Below are positions 9,647 to 19,705 of a DNA stretch of 64,000 nt, in pieces (position 1 is the first letter of the stretch; every line of letters begins with the position of its first letter). Made by a program: the position numbers and the translations under genes. Origin of the DNA: Pseudomonadota bacterium (GTDB taxonomy: Bacteria > Bdellovibrionota_B > Oligoflexia > Oligoflexales > CAIYRB01); NCBI GenBank assembly GCA_031416315.1, contig JANOTL010000073.1, forward strand, positions 1 through 64,000, read 5' to 3'. Below the pieces are notes generated by a model that saw nothing but the letters and a program-made list of their open reading frames with translations, was not told the origin of the DNA and made no database searches.

Positions 9647-11926
9647 ATGCGTCATCTTTGGTTTGTCGCCTTCGCCAGCTTAGTCGGATGTGCCGACGAT
9701 CAAGGCAACGACTCTAAGAGAAAGTCGACGAAAGACAAAGGCACCGAAACCGGCGGGGCGACAGAGACGGAACCGGCAAATTCGACCGGCACGGGAAGCG
9801 GCGGTAGCGGCGGCACTGCCAGCGGCGGCGGGACGAGCGCTCCCGTAACCGTGGACCCCTACTCGAAGGCAAAGCCGAAAAAGACGATCACCGAAGGCGA
9901 AGGCGGCGGCGCCGCCTTGTTCTTGGTGCCGGGCGATACGCAGCAAATCGAGCTATCGTTCGATGGCGTGAGCGACGGCAGCGTGACGTTCGAGAGCTCT
10001 GACCCATCGGTTTCGACTGTCGATGACAAAGGCAACGTGACCGCCGTCGGCCCTGGCACAACGATCATTCTCGCAAAAGTCGACGCGAACGGCACGAAGT
10101 TTACCGTCCGCATCACGATCCGCGTCTCCGACGCGAACGGCGTCGCGCCGTCGAGTGCGGTCCTTGCGGCAGATGCGAGCGTTGCCGGCAAAGACAAGCC
10201 GTCGATCGTGTTCACGTGGCCGGACGGCGCGATTTGGGCGGGCCTTTCCGACGGCAAGAGTTTCGCGTTTAAGAATTTCGCCGGAATCCCGGAGTGGGGC
10301 CCGGTCTTCCGCGCGGGCTCGCCCGCGCGTACCATGGTCGGCGACTTCAACGGCGACGGCAAACAAGATTACGCGTTCGCGTGGCCCGACGGGAACTGGT
10401 GGATCGGCGCGTCCGACGGCAACAAGCTCAACTTCACGCTTTACGCGCAAACCGCGCAATGGGGCGAGATGTTCCGCGCCGGCTCGCTGACGCGCACCTT
10501 CGTCGGCGACTGGAACGGTGACGGAAAATCCGACGTAGCGTTCGCGCACGTCGACGGCTCGATTTGGCTCGGCACGTCGAATGGCGTCGCCTTCGCGTTC
10601 ACCGAAGCCTATCGCAATCCGGCGTGGGCAGCGCAATTTAGCGCCAGCTCGAAAGAGCGCTTTTTCGTCATGGACCTGAACGGCGACAAGAAAGACGACC
10701 TCGTCATGGTGTCGAGCGACGGCGCCGTTTGGGGCGGCGTCTCGAACGGCAGCGCGATGGCCTTCTCCGAGTTCTACCGCAATGCCAATTGGGCGACGGT
10801 GTTCGCCGACGGCTCCCCGGCTCGCTTCTTCGTCGGTGACTGGAACGGCGATCAGAAGACCGATCTCGCCTTTGCGTGGAACGACGGAGCCTTGTGGTAC
10901 GGCCTCTCGAACGGCGCTTCGATGTCGTTCGTCAATGCGATCGGCAAGCCCGAATGGGGCGCCATCTTCGCGTCGACGTCGCCTGCGCGGTTCTTCGTGA
11001 ACGACTTCAACGGCGACGCCAAGTCGGACATCGCCTTCGCTTGGCCGGACGGCAACGTTTGGGTCGGCGTCTCGACCGGCACGACGATCGATTTCCGCAT
11101 CTTTGCCCAGGAGAAGGCTTGGTCGGGCGTTTTCGACGCGAGCTCCGCAGCGCGCTTCTTTTCGGCCGATTTCAACTCGGATAACAATGCCGACATCGCC
11201 TTCTTGTGGCCGGACGGCAACATCTGGGTCGGCGTCTCGAACGGCAGCGCGTTCGACTTCCAGCTCTGGGCGCAGGTCCCAAGCTGGGGTGAGGTATTCC
11301 GCGCGGGTTCTGGCGCCAGGATGACCGTCGCTTCGTTCTTGGGCGGCGCCGGCAATGCACGGTCCGTCGACGACGAATACATCGCTCCCACGCCGCCGGT
11401 TGCGCCAAAACCTGTTGCCCCGCCCGCGCCGGCCCCTGTCGCCGTGCCAGTTCTTCCCCCGCCGCCGCCGCCCCCGCCGCCGAGCCGTGCGTGGGACCTG
11501 ACGATTCACGAAGGCTGGAACGCCAAATGGGGCGTTCACATGTTCTCTGCGACTCCGAACGAGGGAGTCGACGTTGGGTTCGCTCCGCAAGCTCCGCGCT
11601 TCCGTGCACTGCAGCCGGGGGTCGGTGCGCTCGCTTGTAGCGGGGCGAACGCGGTCGCGATCTCGCGTGCCAGCCACCCTATCGCGGACGCAATCGTTTT
11701 CAACTTCGACACCTGGGACGCCGGCCATCGCGTGCTCATCAATGAGCAGGGGTGGACCAACAACGGCAACGCTTTCTCCGTCGCATGCGCACACGAGCCT
11801 GGAACGGTCCCGTTACACAAATGGATCGGGCCGAATGCCGATCGCTTCCTGAGCATTGATCCAGGTGCGGCCGCAGGATCCGGCTATCAGTACATCGGCG
11901 TCATGGGCTTCGTCATGCCGCCCTGA
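9647..11926 (+). CDS. Lipoprotein with Ig-like (Big_2) domain, seven FG-GAP/VCBS repeats, Pro-rich linker and C-terminal domain
   Basis: Lipobox LVGC; FESSDPSVSTVDDKGNVTAVGPGTT; repeated D(F/W)NGDxKxDxAFxWxDGxxW units; poly-Pro stretch. Confidence 0.85.
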   Translation: MRHLWFVAFASLVGCADDQGNDSKRKSTKDKGTETGGATETEPANSTGTGSGGSGGTASGGGTSAPVTVDPYSKAKPKKTITEGEGGGAALFLVPGDTQQIELSFDGVSDGSVTFESSDPSVSTVDDKGNVTAVGPGTTIILAKVDANGTKFTVRITIRVSDANGVAPSSAVLAADASVAGKDKPSIVFTWPDGAIWAGLSDGKSFAFKNFAGIPEWGPVFRAGSPARTMVGDFNGDGKQDYAFAWPDGNWWIGASDGNKLNFTLYAQTAQWGEMFRAGSLTRTFVGDWNGDGKSDVAFAHVDGSIWLGTSNGVAFAFTEAYRNPAWAAQFSASSKERFFVMDLNGDKKDDLVMVSSDGAVWGGVSNGSAMAFSEFYRNANWATVFADGSPARFFVGDWNGDQKTDLAFAWNDGALWYGLSNGASMSFVNAIGKPEWGAIFASTSPARFFVNDFNGDAKSDIAFAWPDGNVWVGVSTGTTIDFRIFAQEKAWSGVFDASSAARFFSADFNSDNNADIAFLWPDGNIWVGVSNGSAFDFQLWAQVPSWGEVFRAGSGARMTVASFLGGAGNARSVDDEYIAPTPPVAPKPVAPPAPAPVAVPVLPPPPPPPPPSRAWDLTIHEGWNAKWGVHMFSATPNEGVDVGFAPQAPRFRALQPGVGALACSGANAVAISRASHPIADAIVFNFDTWDAGHRVLINEQGWTNNGNAFSVACAHEPGTVPLHKWIGPNADRFLSIDPGAAAGSGYQYIGVMGFVMPP
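10196..11343 (+). repeat. About seven ~162-bp (54 aa) coding FG-GAP-like repeats
   Basis: Recurring units F(T/A)WPDG.IW.G.S.G..F.F....W...F...S.AR..V.DFNGD. Confidence 0.85.
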
Positions 11927-12002
11927 GGCCGAATGATGGTGCTGCCGCTCGGCCGCTGCGGCCCGGCGGCAGCATTTTGGCGGGACATCCCGCCGTTCGC
12001 GC

Positions 12003-12443
12003 TCAGAGAGCCGCGCACGGACCATAACCGACGGTCGTGCCGTCCAGCTTCGTCCAAGACATGTACGTCGTCGACGGCAGCGTGGCCGTCGCCATAATGA
12101 CGAGCTTGCCGTGCTCGGTGACGGTGACGAGGTCGTCGCTCTCACTGAAAGTACGCAGCGCCAGCGCGCCGTCTGCGGACTCCGACCCGTAGAACGGCGC
12201 CGTAGTCAGCAGACCTTTCGAGATCGTCATCTGCGCAATGGTGCCGTACGGCAGGCTGTCTTGATAGCTGAGGACCAGGCGCTCGTTCGTGCCGGCCTTC
12301 GGACAGCTGAACCCTTGGATGGGAGCCGGCGCCGGCCACGGAGCGATGTCCGAAACGGCGCTGCCGCTGCTGCTTTGGCCGCAGGCGACGAGGGACGAAA
12401 CGAGGGCGCAGGCAGAGACGAGACGGATTGCTTTGCAAAACAT
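12003..12443 (-). CDS. Hypothetical lipoprotein
   Basis: Start MFCKAIR with AGGAG RBS; lipobox LVAC. Confidence 0.7.
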   Translation of the reverse strand: MFCKAIRLVSACALVSSLVACGQSSSGSAVSDIAPWPAPAPIQGFSCPKAGTNERLVLSYQDSLPYGTIAQMTISKGLLTTAPFYGSESADGALALRTFSESDDLVTVTEHGKLVIMATATLPSTTYMSWTKLDGTTVGYGPCAAL

Positions 12444-12770
12444 GGGGGACTCCTGGAAGGACGTTGGTGTTCTTGGGTCCAACACGCTGTCGGACACGCG
12501 CCTTCTACTGCAGCGTGAATGCCAAGACAATCCGAGGGGTTCCGTCGCTCGTCGAATGTAACGCAGGTTACCGCGCGGCGCGAAAATGCGAATCGCTTCT
12601 GGAGCGGTACGCAGATGGCCGCGTGGTCAGACGCGCTTGGCGTGACGGGCGCGCGGACCTGGAGAGTGTTAGAATCCTGACACCCGGAGGTAAACATAGT
12701 CGCGCGGGTATTCGCGCTCGTCTTTTTGGAACACCGAAACGCGGAATCGATAGAATCGCGGCCTCTGCCG

Positions 12771-13931
12771 TCAAAGCCCGAATTGACTCATGTGCCGCGC
12801 CGTAATCGCCACGAATTCAGGCAAGGACGGATCCGCCGCCGCCGGGATCGTCAGGTGATGCCCGGCGCTCGCGAGGCTCTTCGCCATCCGCGCGCGCCGC
12901 GTCTGAATCCAGTTCAGGTCGGCGGCGCCGTCGCTGAGCTGCGCCTGAAACTCCGTGCGGGCCAACGAGCCTTCTGGGTCTTTCAAAGCGACGAGCACCG
13001 AGGTGCCGCCGCCGAAGATCATGACGTCGACGGCGGCAATCTCGCTCCACCGATACGTCGTCGTCCCGCGCGCGTGCCTCTCGGTGATCCCGAGCTCGCC
13101 CGCCGTGTAACGCGTCCGCCGCAGGACCAAAGGAAAGACCGCGAACAAGACCAAGATCGCCCCGACCGCCGAATGGTAGCCGAACTCGCCGGTCGTTACC
13201 GTCAAAGACACCAGATACGCGCCTAGGACGGCAGAGAACCCCCGAGCAAACGCGATCGAAACCTCGAGGACCACCGCCGCCTGCCCCGGCGGCTCGCCGC
13301 GCAGCGCCTTCTGCACCAGACGGCTCGTCACCGCCGCCCAAATGCCGACCCCGGCGCAAAACGCGAAGAAAGCGCCGCCCGCCAGGAGCTTCGGCTGCGT
13401 CCGCAGGTTCGGCCGCGCCCAGAGCAGGAAGACGAAGAGCGCCACGAAGCCGACCGCGAGCAAGGTCGCGATCACGTCGTCGCCGAGCACCGCATCGACC
13501 TTCGCCCGCAGGCCCGTCGGAGAAGGCGCGACCTCTTGCGGCGCATCCGGACCGCGCCTCAGTGAGGCCAAGCTCGTTCGCGCCGCATGCAACGCCGCGG
13601 GAATCGCGATCACGCAACCGCCGACCTTGAGCCAAGGCGTCGGCAGGTCAGGCACCACGCCGAGGACCAGGACGATCCCCGCCAGCGCCTGGAGCGCCGC
13701 GATCCCGCCCCCGATCAAGCCGAGCGATGCGATCAGGCGCGACCCGGTGCCTTTCGCCTCCCACGGCGGAAACTGCAGCGAGAACAGCCCGAGAAGATAG
13801 GGCAACGCGAACACGCCGAACGTAACGTCGCGTCCCATCGCGCCGGGATGGGCGAAGTGGAGCCAGTCGACGTAGGTCAAGACCACCCCGAGGAGCGCCA
13901 CGAGATGAATGAAATGCGAGGCGATCCCCAT
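12771..13931 (-). CDS. Multi-pass membrane protein with C-terminal PH-like segment
   Basis: Start MGIASH overlaps the peptidase stop; about 8 TM segments; YTAGELGITE..TTYRWSEIAAV. Confidence 0.7.
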   Translation of the reverse strand: MGIASHFIHLVALLGVVLTYVDWLHFAHPGAMGRDVTFGVFALPYLLGLFSLQFPPWEAKGTGSRLIASLGLIGGGIAALQALAGIVLVLGVVPDLPTPWLKVGGCVIAIPAALHAARTSLASLRRGPDAPQEVAPSPTGLRAKVDAVLGDDVIATLLAVGFVALFVFLLWARPNLRTQPKLLAGGAFFAFCAGVGIWAAVTSRLVQKALRGEPPGQAAVVLEVSIAFARGFSAVLGAYLVSLTVTTGEFGYHSAVGAILVLFAVFPLVLRRTRYTAGELGITERHARGTTTYRWSEIAAVDVMIFGGGTSVLVALKDPEGSLARTEFQAQLSDGAADLNWIQTRRARMAKSLASAGHHLTIPAAADPSLPEFVAITARHMSQFGL

Positions 13932-15268
13932 CAGGGCAAACCGCTGGCCAGGGCTTTCTCGAGCCGGGCCTCGATGTTCGCGCTTTTCGGGCCGAGCACT
14001 GCGAGCGCCGCCTTGTCTTTGCGGAAGGTGGCACGCGCCAGGGCCTTCAAGCTGTCGGGCGTCGCCGCCAGGATGTGGGCGCGATCGTCGGCGAGCCGCA
14101 CGGTCTTGCCGCTCACCGCCGCCCACGAGAGCTTCTGCACGATGCCGTCCGGATGCGAGGCGAAGAGCTCGAGATCGACCAGCGCGCGCGTCGAGATGCG
14201 CTCCATCTCGCCCGTCGTCGGCCCTTCGTCGGCCAGGCGCCGAAGCGCCGCAAACAACTCTTTCAAAAAGTGCTCGAGCTGATCCGTGGCGCAGGACGCG
14301 GAGATCTCCAGCGTCCCCATCTCCGTGCTCAAGGCCGTCCACGCGGCGATGTCGTAAACTAGGCCCAGCTCTTCGCGCAGGCGCCGAACCAAACGCGCGC
14401 AGAAGCCGTCGGCCAAGAGCCGGGACAGGAGCTCGAGCTCCTGCGCCTCGGGGGACCACTCCCCGCCGACGAGAAAGCTCAAACGGATCTCGTACTCGTT
14501 ATCCGAATGCTCGATCCACTTCCACTTCGGCCCGACGAACGCCGGCACCACCGGGAACTTCTCGCGCGCTTTCGCCGCATACGCAGAGCGATGCCCCGCG
14601 AAAAGCTTCTCGACGCGGTCGAGCATCCCTTCGCCGCTCTCACCGCCGATGACGCAGAGCGCCATGTTCGCCGGCGCATAGTGCTTGTCGCGAAACGCGT
14701 TCAGCTTCGCGACCGTCATTTTCCCGATCGTGGCCTTGGTGCCGAGGATGGGGTGCGCCATCGTCGAGCCCGGCCACATCAGGCAGGCCACGTGATAGTC
14801 CATGTCGGTCGAGTGCCCGTGGTCGTTCGTCTCGCCGTCGAGCTCGCGCTCGATCACGTTGCGCTCGACCTCGATGTCTTCGAACTTCGGGTTCTCGAGG
14901 AAATCGGCGAATAAAGCCAAGGCGGGCTCGGCCACGTGTGAGATCCCCGAGTACCAGTACTCAGTGTGCTCGTGGCCGGTCGCCGCGTTCCACTCGCCGC
15001 CTAGGCGCTCGAAGGCCTCCGCCAGCTGCGCGAAGCCGGGGTGCGTCGCCGAGCCTCGGAACATCATGTGCTCGAGGAAGTGCGCCACGCCGAACGATTC
15101 GGGCGTCTCCAGGCGGGCGCCGGCACGGATCAGCATCGACAGATAAAAATGGTCGTTCCCGGGCCGCGGCACCGAGATCAAGGTCAGCCCGGTCGGCAGG
15201 CGCCTTCGGCAAATCCCCGCTTCGAAGCTCGAAAGCCGGGAGCGACTAAGTCCTGCCGGGTTCGCCAT
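13931..15268 (-). CDS. M16 (pitrilysin-like) zinc peptidase
   Basis: GVAHFLEHMMFRGS (HxxEH), NAATG, ERNVIERE, LREELGLVYDI. Confidence 0.93.
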   Translation of the reverse strand: MANPAGLSRSRLSSFEAGICRRRLPTGLTLISVPRPGNDHFYLSMLIRAGARLETPESFGVAHFLEHMMFRGSATHPGFAQLAEAFERLGGEWNAATGHEHTEYWYSGISHVAEPALALFADFLENPKFEDIEVERNVIERELDGETNDHGHSTDMDYHVACLMWPGSTMAHPILGTKATIGKMTVAKLNAFRDKHYAPANMALCVIGGESGEGMLDRVEKLFAGHRSAYAAKAREKFPVVPAFVGPKWKWIEHSDNEYEIRLSFLVGGEWSPEAQELELLSRLLADGFCARLVRRLREELGLVYDIAAWTALSTEMGTLEISASCATDQLEHFLKELFAALRRLADEGPTTGEMERISTRALVDLELFASHPDGIVQKLSWAAVSGKTVRLADDRAHILAATPDSLKALARATFRKDKAALAVLGPKSANIEARLEKALASGLP

Positions 15269-15279
15269 GGGAAAGACGC

Positions 15280-16368
15280 TCAGGTGAAGCGGAAGAGGAG
15301 CTTGTTGGCGAGATTCTCGAGCACGTCGCGCTCGCGAGACTTCGGGAACGCGTAGAGCGCCGCCATCGCCTGCCGCGTGTAGCCCTCGGCCCGCTCGACC
15401 GTCGTCTCGGCCGTTCCGTACGACTCGACCCAGCGCGCCACTTCGAGGACTTCGCTGCGCGTGATCGACTCTTTCGCCAGGATCGCGTCGTAGCGCGCAC
15501 GCTGCGTCGGGTCCAGTTTTCCGTCCAGGAGGATCAAGGGCATCGTGACCTTGCCTTCGAGCAGGTCCGAATGCGTCGCCTTGCCGATGATCTCCGCGGC
15601 GCCGGTGTAGTCCAGGGCGTCGTCGATCAACTGGAAGGCCATGCCGACGCTGTGGCCGAAGGTCTCGAGCAAGGTGCAGACCTCCTGCGTCGCGCCGGAC
15701 AGCAAGCCCGCGGATTTGCAGGCCGCGGCGATCAGGATCGCCGTCTTGCACTCGAGGATGCGGAGGTAGGCCTTCTCGCTCATCCGCGCATTGAACAGGT
15801 TTTCGAGCTGCATGAGCTCGCCTTCGCTCATCAGGCGAATCGCCCGCGCGAAGGTCCTCACGATCTCCATGTTGCCCGTGGCGGCCATCATCTCGCTCGC
15901 GGTCGAGTAGATGAGGTCGCCGACGAGGACGCTGGTCTCGTCGCCGTAGATGCTGTTGGCCGTCGGCTTGCCGCGGCGCAGCGTGCTGTTGTCCACGACG
16001 TCGTCGTGCAAGAGGCTCGCCGTATGGACGTACTCCGACACGGCCGCGATCGCGTGAAAATGCTCGCCGCGATAGGAGAGCAGGTTGCAGCACATGAAGT
16101 AGAGCGCCGGCCGGATGCGCTTGCCACCGCCGTCGAAGACGTGGGCCAAGGTGCGCTTCGAGCTGTCGGATTCCGTCGGGATGAAGCCAGCAAGCTTGCC
16201 GTTGAGCTCTTTCAACTCGGCCGCGACCGGCGCGAGGGCGTCTTCGATCAAGGCCTTGGCGAGGTCGGTCGAGGCACCCGGGTCACTCCCGGAGGACGTC
16301 CTTGGCGAGGTCGAGGACAGCAGGGCTTGGATCTCCGCGGAGGTGCAACCGGTTGGAATCAGGGCCAA
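15280..16368 (-). CDS. ispB: Polyprenyl diphosphate synthase (IspB-like); start uncertain
   Basis: GGKRIRP, ASLLHDDVVD..RRG (FARM), KTA, FQLIDDALD (SARM), EGKVTMP. Confidence 0.88.
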   Translation of the reverse strand: MALIPTGCTSAEIQALLSSTSPRTSSGSDPGASTDLAKALIEDALAPVAAELKELNGKLAGFIPTESDSSKRTLAHVFDGGGKRIRPALYFMCCNLLSYRGEHFHAIAAVSEYVHTASLLHDDVVDNSTLRRGKPTANSIYGDETSVLVGDLIYSTASEMMAATGNMEIVRTFARAIRLMSEGELMQLENLFNARMSEKAYLRILECKTAILIAAACKSAGLLSGATQEVCTLLETFGHSVGMAFQLIDDALDYTGAAEIIGKATHSDLLEGKVTMPLILLDGKLDPTQRARYDAILAKESITRSEVLEVARWVESYGTAETTVERAEGYTRQAMAALYAFPKSRERDVLENLANKLLFRFT

Positions 16369-16486
16369 AATGTAGATTGCTTCGGCAGGACCAAACTGAT
16401 ACGATGCGGCGCTTTTCAAAAGCCCGTTTTTTGCGCATCTACAGGCGCTTCCAGAGCCCGTAAGACATACCGGGAAGGTGCACAGC

Positions 16487-18247
16487 ATGGCAAGTCGATT
16501 GTCCGAAGACGGCCTGAGGGCCGCATACGAGACTGGTCATCAGGCGCTCATCGTCAAGCCGGAGGCCGCGCTCGCGCTGATCGCGCCGACCGAGGTGGAT
16601 CTCGACGCGCTCTTGAACGCCGAGGATCCGGAGGTGGCCGTCCAGGCCGTTCCGGCGCATCGCCTGCACTCCGCCCTGCGCTCGCGCGGGATCGAGTCGG
16701 CAATCGACATTCTGCCCCTGCTGTCGACCGAGCAGGTGACGCGTATGGTCGACTACGAAGCGTGGGACGGCGACGCGCTCGACCCCGTGCACGCCTTCGC
16801 CTGGCTCGCGCTCTTCAAAGAGATCGGCCCCGACGAATACGCGACCCGCTTCAAGTCCTTGGAAGAGGAGCTCCAGCTCGCCCTCGTCGGCCCCTTCGTG
16901 AAGCTGATCGAGGAAGACGAGTTCGAGAAGCTCGGCACCGGGGATCAGGATGAGTACCGCATGCTCCCTTCCAACGATCTCTACTACAAGGTGCGCTCGG
17001 AAGATCCGCGCATCGACGAAGCGATCGAGGGCATCGTCTCCTCCATGCTCGGCGTGGACATCAACTACTGCTACGCGCTCCTCGCCCATGCTGCCGCAAT
17101 GCCGCCGGCCGAGCAGGAGGCGATGGCGGCCCAGTTCCGTCAGGCCCGTCTGGAAGAGGACGGTTTTGTCACGTACGCCGAATCGCTAACCACGTTCGTG
17201 CCGCTCCCGCCGAGCGAGCTCGAGGGAAAGCGCAGAAAGCCGCTCGACGCGCAAGCGCTGGCCACCACTGATCTCGATCACGAGCCCAGCTTCCTGGTCT
17301 CGGCCATGCGTCGGGGCCTCGAGCATTGGACGGCGGAAGAGTTCGAGATCGTGACGCAAGGTTTCGCGTTCCTCGCCAACTCGCTGGCGGCGGCAGCGAA
17401 GATCGAGCCTGACGACGTCCACGGCATGAAGCGCATTCTTGCGCACGCGCAGTCGATCGCAGGACTTGGGCTCGAGGAGCTCGCCGGCGGCGACCTTAAC
17501 ATCGCGGCGGAAGTTCTTCGGAACGAGCATCCGAAAATTCTCTTCCGCGCCGGCCTGACCGAGCTCAACGTCTTGCAAGGCGAGACGATCGAGCACCTGA
17601 AGAGCGCCCGCGTCCCGGGCGCGGATGCCATCGAGCGTCTTTGGCGCCTCGCGCGGCCAGGCGCCGTGCTGGCGCGCCTCGACCACGACGTCTTGCCCGT
17701 CCTCGGCTTTGAGCGCACGGAAGTCCTGAAGGGCCTATTCAACCGCTTCCCCGTGCGTCCGGTCGAAACCGTCTTCGGCGACGGCCCGAAGCGCACGGTG
17801 TTCTCGCCGATTGCCTCGCGCGCCGGTCTGCACGTTTTCCGAGCCGCCGTCGGCGGTTTGCACGGGCTCCTGCATCTGGCGAAAATCGCAGGGGAAGGAG
17901 TCTTGCCCTTGGTCGATCTCGATCGTTTGCTCGCGACGTCCATGGCGCGCAGTCTCATTGGCGAGTCCTTTGATTACGAGCCGCTCACGGAAGACGAGCT
18001 CAAACGTTTGCTCGAGTTGGACCAGGAAGCGGCGCAGCAACGCTCGACTGAGCTGTTCACCGGCATCGAGGGAACGCTCGTCGTCGCATTGCCGACTACG
18101 GGTCGCGAAGCCCTTGCGGACCTTTCGGATCTGCTCATGCGCCTCCACACCGCGCGGGAACATGATAAGAAGAGCGGTAGGACCGCGGGCGGCGCTCTGC
18201 TTGCTCTGGTCGATGCGCAAACGGCCCCAAACGAGGGACTAGCATGA
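16487..18247 (+). CDS. DUF6178-family protein
   Basis: VQAVPAHRLHSAL..G......LLSTEQV..MVDYEAWDGD and FRQARLEEDGF patterns; recognised from memory. Confidence 0.7.
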   Translation: MASRLSEDGLRAAYETGHQALIVKPEAALALIAPTEVDLDALLNAEDPEVAVQAVPAHRLHSALRSRGIESAIDILPLLSTEQVTRMVDYEAWDGDALDPVHAFAWLALFKEIGPDEYATRFKSLEEELQLALVGPFVKLIEEDEFEKLGTGDQDEYRMLPSNDLYYKVRSEDPRIDEAIEGIVSSMLGVDINYCYALLAHAAAMPPAEQEAMAAQFRQARLEEDGFVTYAESLTTFVPLPPSELEGKRRKPLDAQALATTDLDHEPSFLVSAMRRGLEHWTAEEFEIVTQGFAFLANSLAAAAKIEPDDVHGMKRILAHAQSIAGLGLEELAGGDLNIAAEVLRNEHPKILFRAGLTELNVLQGETIEHLKSARVPGADAIERLWRLARPGAVLARLDHDVLPVLGFERTEVLKGLFNRFPVRPVETVFGDGPKRTVFSPIASRAGLHVFRAAVGGLHGLLHLAKIAGEGVLPLVDLDRLLATSMARSLIGESFDYEPLTEDELKRLLELDQEAAQQRSTELFTGIEGTLVVALPTTGREALADLSDLLMRLHTAREHDKKSGRTAGGALLALVDAQTAPNEGLA

Positions 18248-18699
18248 TCGACACCAAAGCGTTCATCACCGAGACCGAGTGCAAGGATCTGGCGAGCCTC
18301 CTGAACCGCAAGTATGCGGGTTTTCTCGCCGAACGCTATTTCGAGGTGGTCGTCGACCGCAACCCCATCGGCGTCCACGCCAAGGTGACGCTCCGCAATT
18401 CCTCGGGCTCCTACTTCTATCCGGTCGAAGGCCGCATCGCCGACGTCGACCACGACATGACGGCGCGCGAGGGTGGCCAGCTCCTGCTCGACTACATGGG
18501 ATCCTATTTCGACGAGTACTTCCGCGAGGGCGGCGACGTCTACCTCCCGATCGACTGGACCGAGTACGAGATGGACGGCGTGCCGCTCCAGATGAAGGGC
18601 CAGATCCACAATCTGGCCATCGAGAAGATGGCCGACGAATTCCTCGCTGGCAAAGGCTTGGACCGCGACGGGCATCCCGCAGCGCAGTCTTTGCACTAG
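18244..18699 (+). CDS. Acidic hypothetical protein
   Basis: ATGA overlap with the DUF6178 gene, GAGG RBS, strong GC3 bias. Confidence 0.8.
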   Translation: MIDTKAFITETECKDLASLLNRKYAGFLAERYFEVVVDRNPIGVHAKVTLRNSSGSYFYPVEGRIADVDHDMTAREGGQLLLDYMGSYFDEYFREGGDVYLPIDWTEYEMDGVPLQMKGQIHNLAIEKMADEFLAGKGLDRDGHPAAQSLH

Positions 18700-18711
18700 G
18701 CCGCGTCTGAT

Positions 18712-19698
18712 CTAGGCCGGGTCCTTCGGAATGTCCGGAGCGCCCGGCTTGATCCCGTCGTGCAGGCTCACCCGGTTGCGGCCGTTTTGCTTCGAGAAGT
18801 AGAGCGCCGCGTCGGCGCGTGCCACCGCTTGGTCGCCGGACTCGGCGCCGATCGAGAGCTGTGCCACGCCGCTCGACATCGTCAGCGGAATCTTCGTGCC
18901 TTCGAACTCGAACGGGTACGTTTGGATCGATTGACGCAGCTTGTCCGCCGCGACAACCGCGCCGATCGCGTCCGTGCCGGGAAGGATCGCCAAGAACTCT
19001 TCGCCGCCGTAGCGCGCTACGACGTCCGTCTTCCGGAACGACTTGCGCAGGATCTCGGCGACGGTGCGGATCACGTAGTCGCCCGCGGGGTGGCCGTGGA
19101 CGTCATTGATCTTCTTGAAAAAGTCGATGTCGAGCATGACGACCGAGATGACCCTTTGCGCCGCGGTGGCGGGGAAGGTCTCGAGGGTCGCGATCTGCGA
19201 CGAGAGGTAGTCGATGAAGTAAGCGCGGTTGAAGAGTCCGGTGAGCGCGTCGGTGATCGACTGCGTCGCCTTGTCTTTGTACTTGTCTTGGAGGTTCGTC
19301 TCGGCCGTCACGTCGCGGATCAGGACGAAGGAGCCGACGCCGGGGAACGGGTAGACCGAGATGATCAGGTTCAGCTGCCGGCCGGCGGCCGAGCCGCTGA
19401 CCTCGTCGATCCGCGTCGGCGCGACGTTGGCGAGGAAGTCCTGGATCCCGACGCTCTTGCCTGCGACCGAGAGGGTGATCATCTCGTCGAAGGACTCGGC
19501 CTTAAGGATCTGCCGCGCCTTCAGCCCGACGAGCTGCGCGAACATCGCGTTCGACTTCTGCACCTTGCCGGCGGTGTCGACGACGACGAACGCGTCCAGC
19601 ATCGACTTGCAGAAGTGCTCGTACGGTTTGAAAGCCTCGAGGACCGGCGCGTTGCCGCTCATCGGGAGCTCTTTGATGTTTTCTGCTGCATCGCCCAT
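18712..19698 (-). CDS. PAS + GGDEF diguanylate cyclase
   Basis: PAS (DAFVVVD..G.V..N, RDVT), TDALTGLFNR, DIDFFKKINDVHGH, RKTD I-site, GGEEF. Confidence 0.93.
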   Translation of the reverse strand: MGDAAENIKELPMSGNAPVLEAFKPYEHFCKSMLDAFVVVDTAGKVQKSNAMFAQLVGLKARQILKAESFDEMITLSVAGKSVGIQDFLANVAPTRIDEVSGSAAGRQLNLIISVYPFPGVGSFVLIRDVTAETNLQDKYKDKATQSITDALTGLFNRAYFIDYLSSQIATLETFPATAAQRVISVVMLDIDFFKKINDVHGHPAGDYVIRTVAEILRKSFRKTDVVARYGGEEFLAILPGTDAIGAVVAADKLRQSIQTYPFEFEGTKIPLTMSSGVAQLSIGAESGDQAVARADAALYFSKQNGRNRVSLHDGIKPGAPDIPKDPA

Positions 19699-19705
19699 GG
19701 ACAGC

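Noticed and set aside
10196..11343. Periodic repeats as a possible CRISPR array or DGR template
   Set aside because: Degenerate in-frame protein repeats; no unique spacers, cas genes or reverse transcriptase
13931..16093. 720-aa ORF suggesting an N-terminally extended M16 peptidase
   Set aside because: The extension is an Arg-rich alternative frame over the polyprenyl synthase; the peptidase starts near 15268
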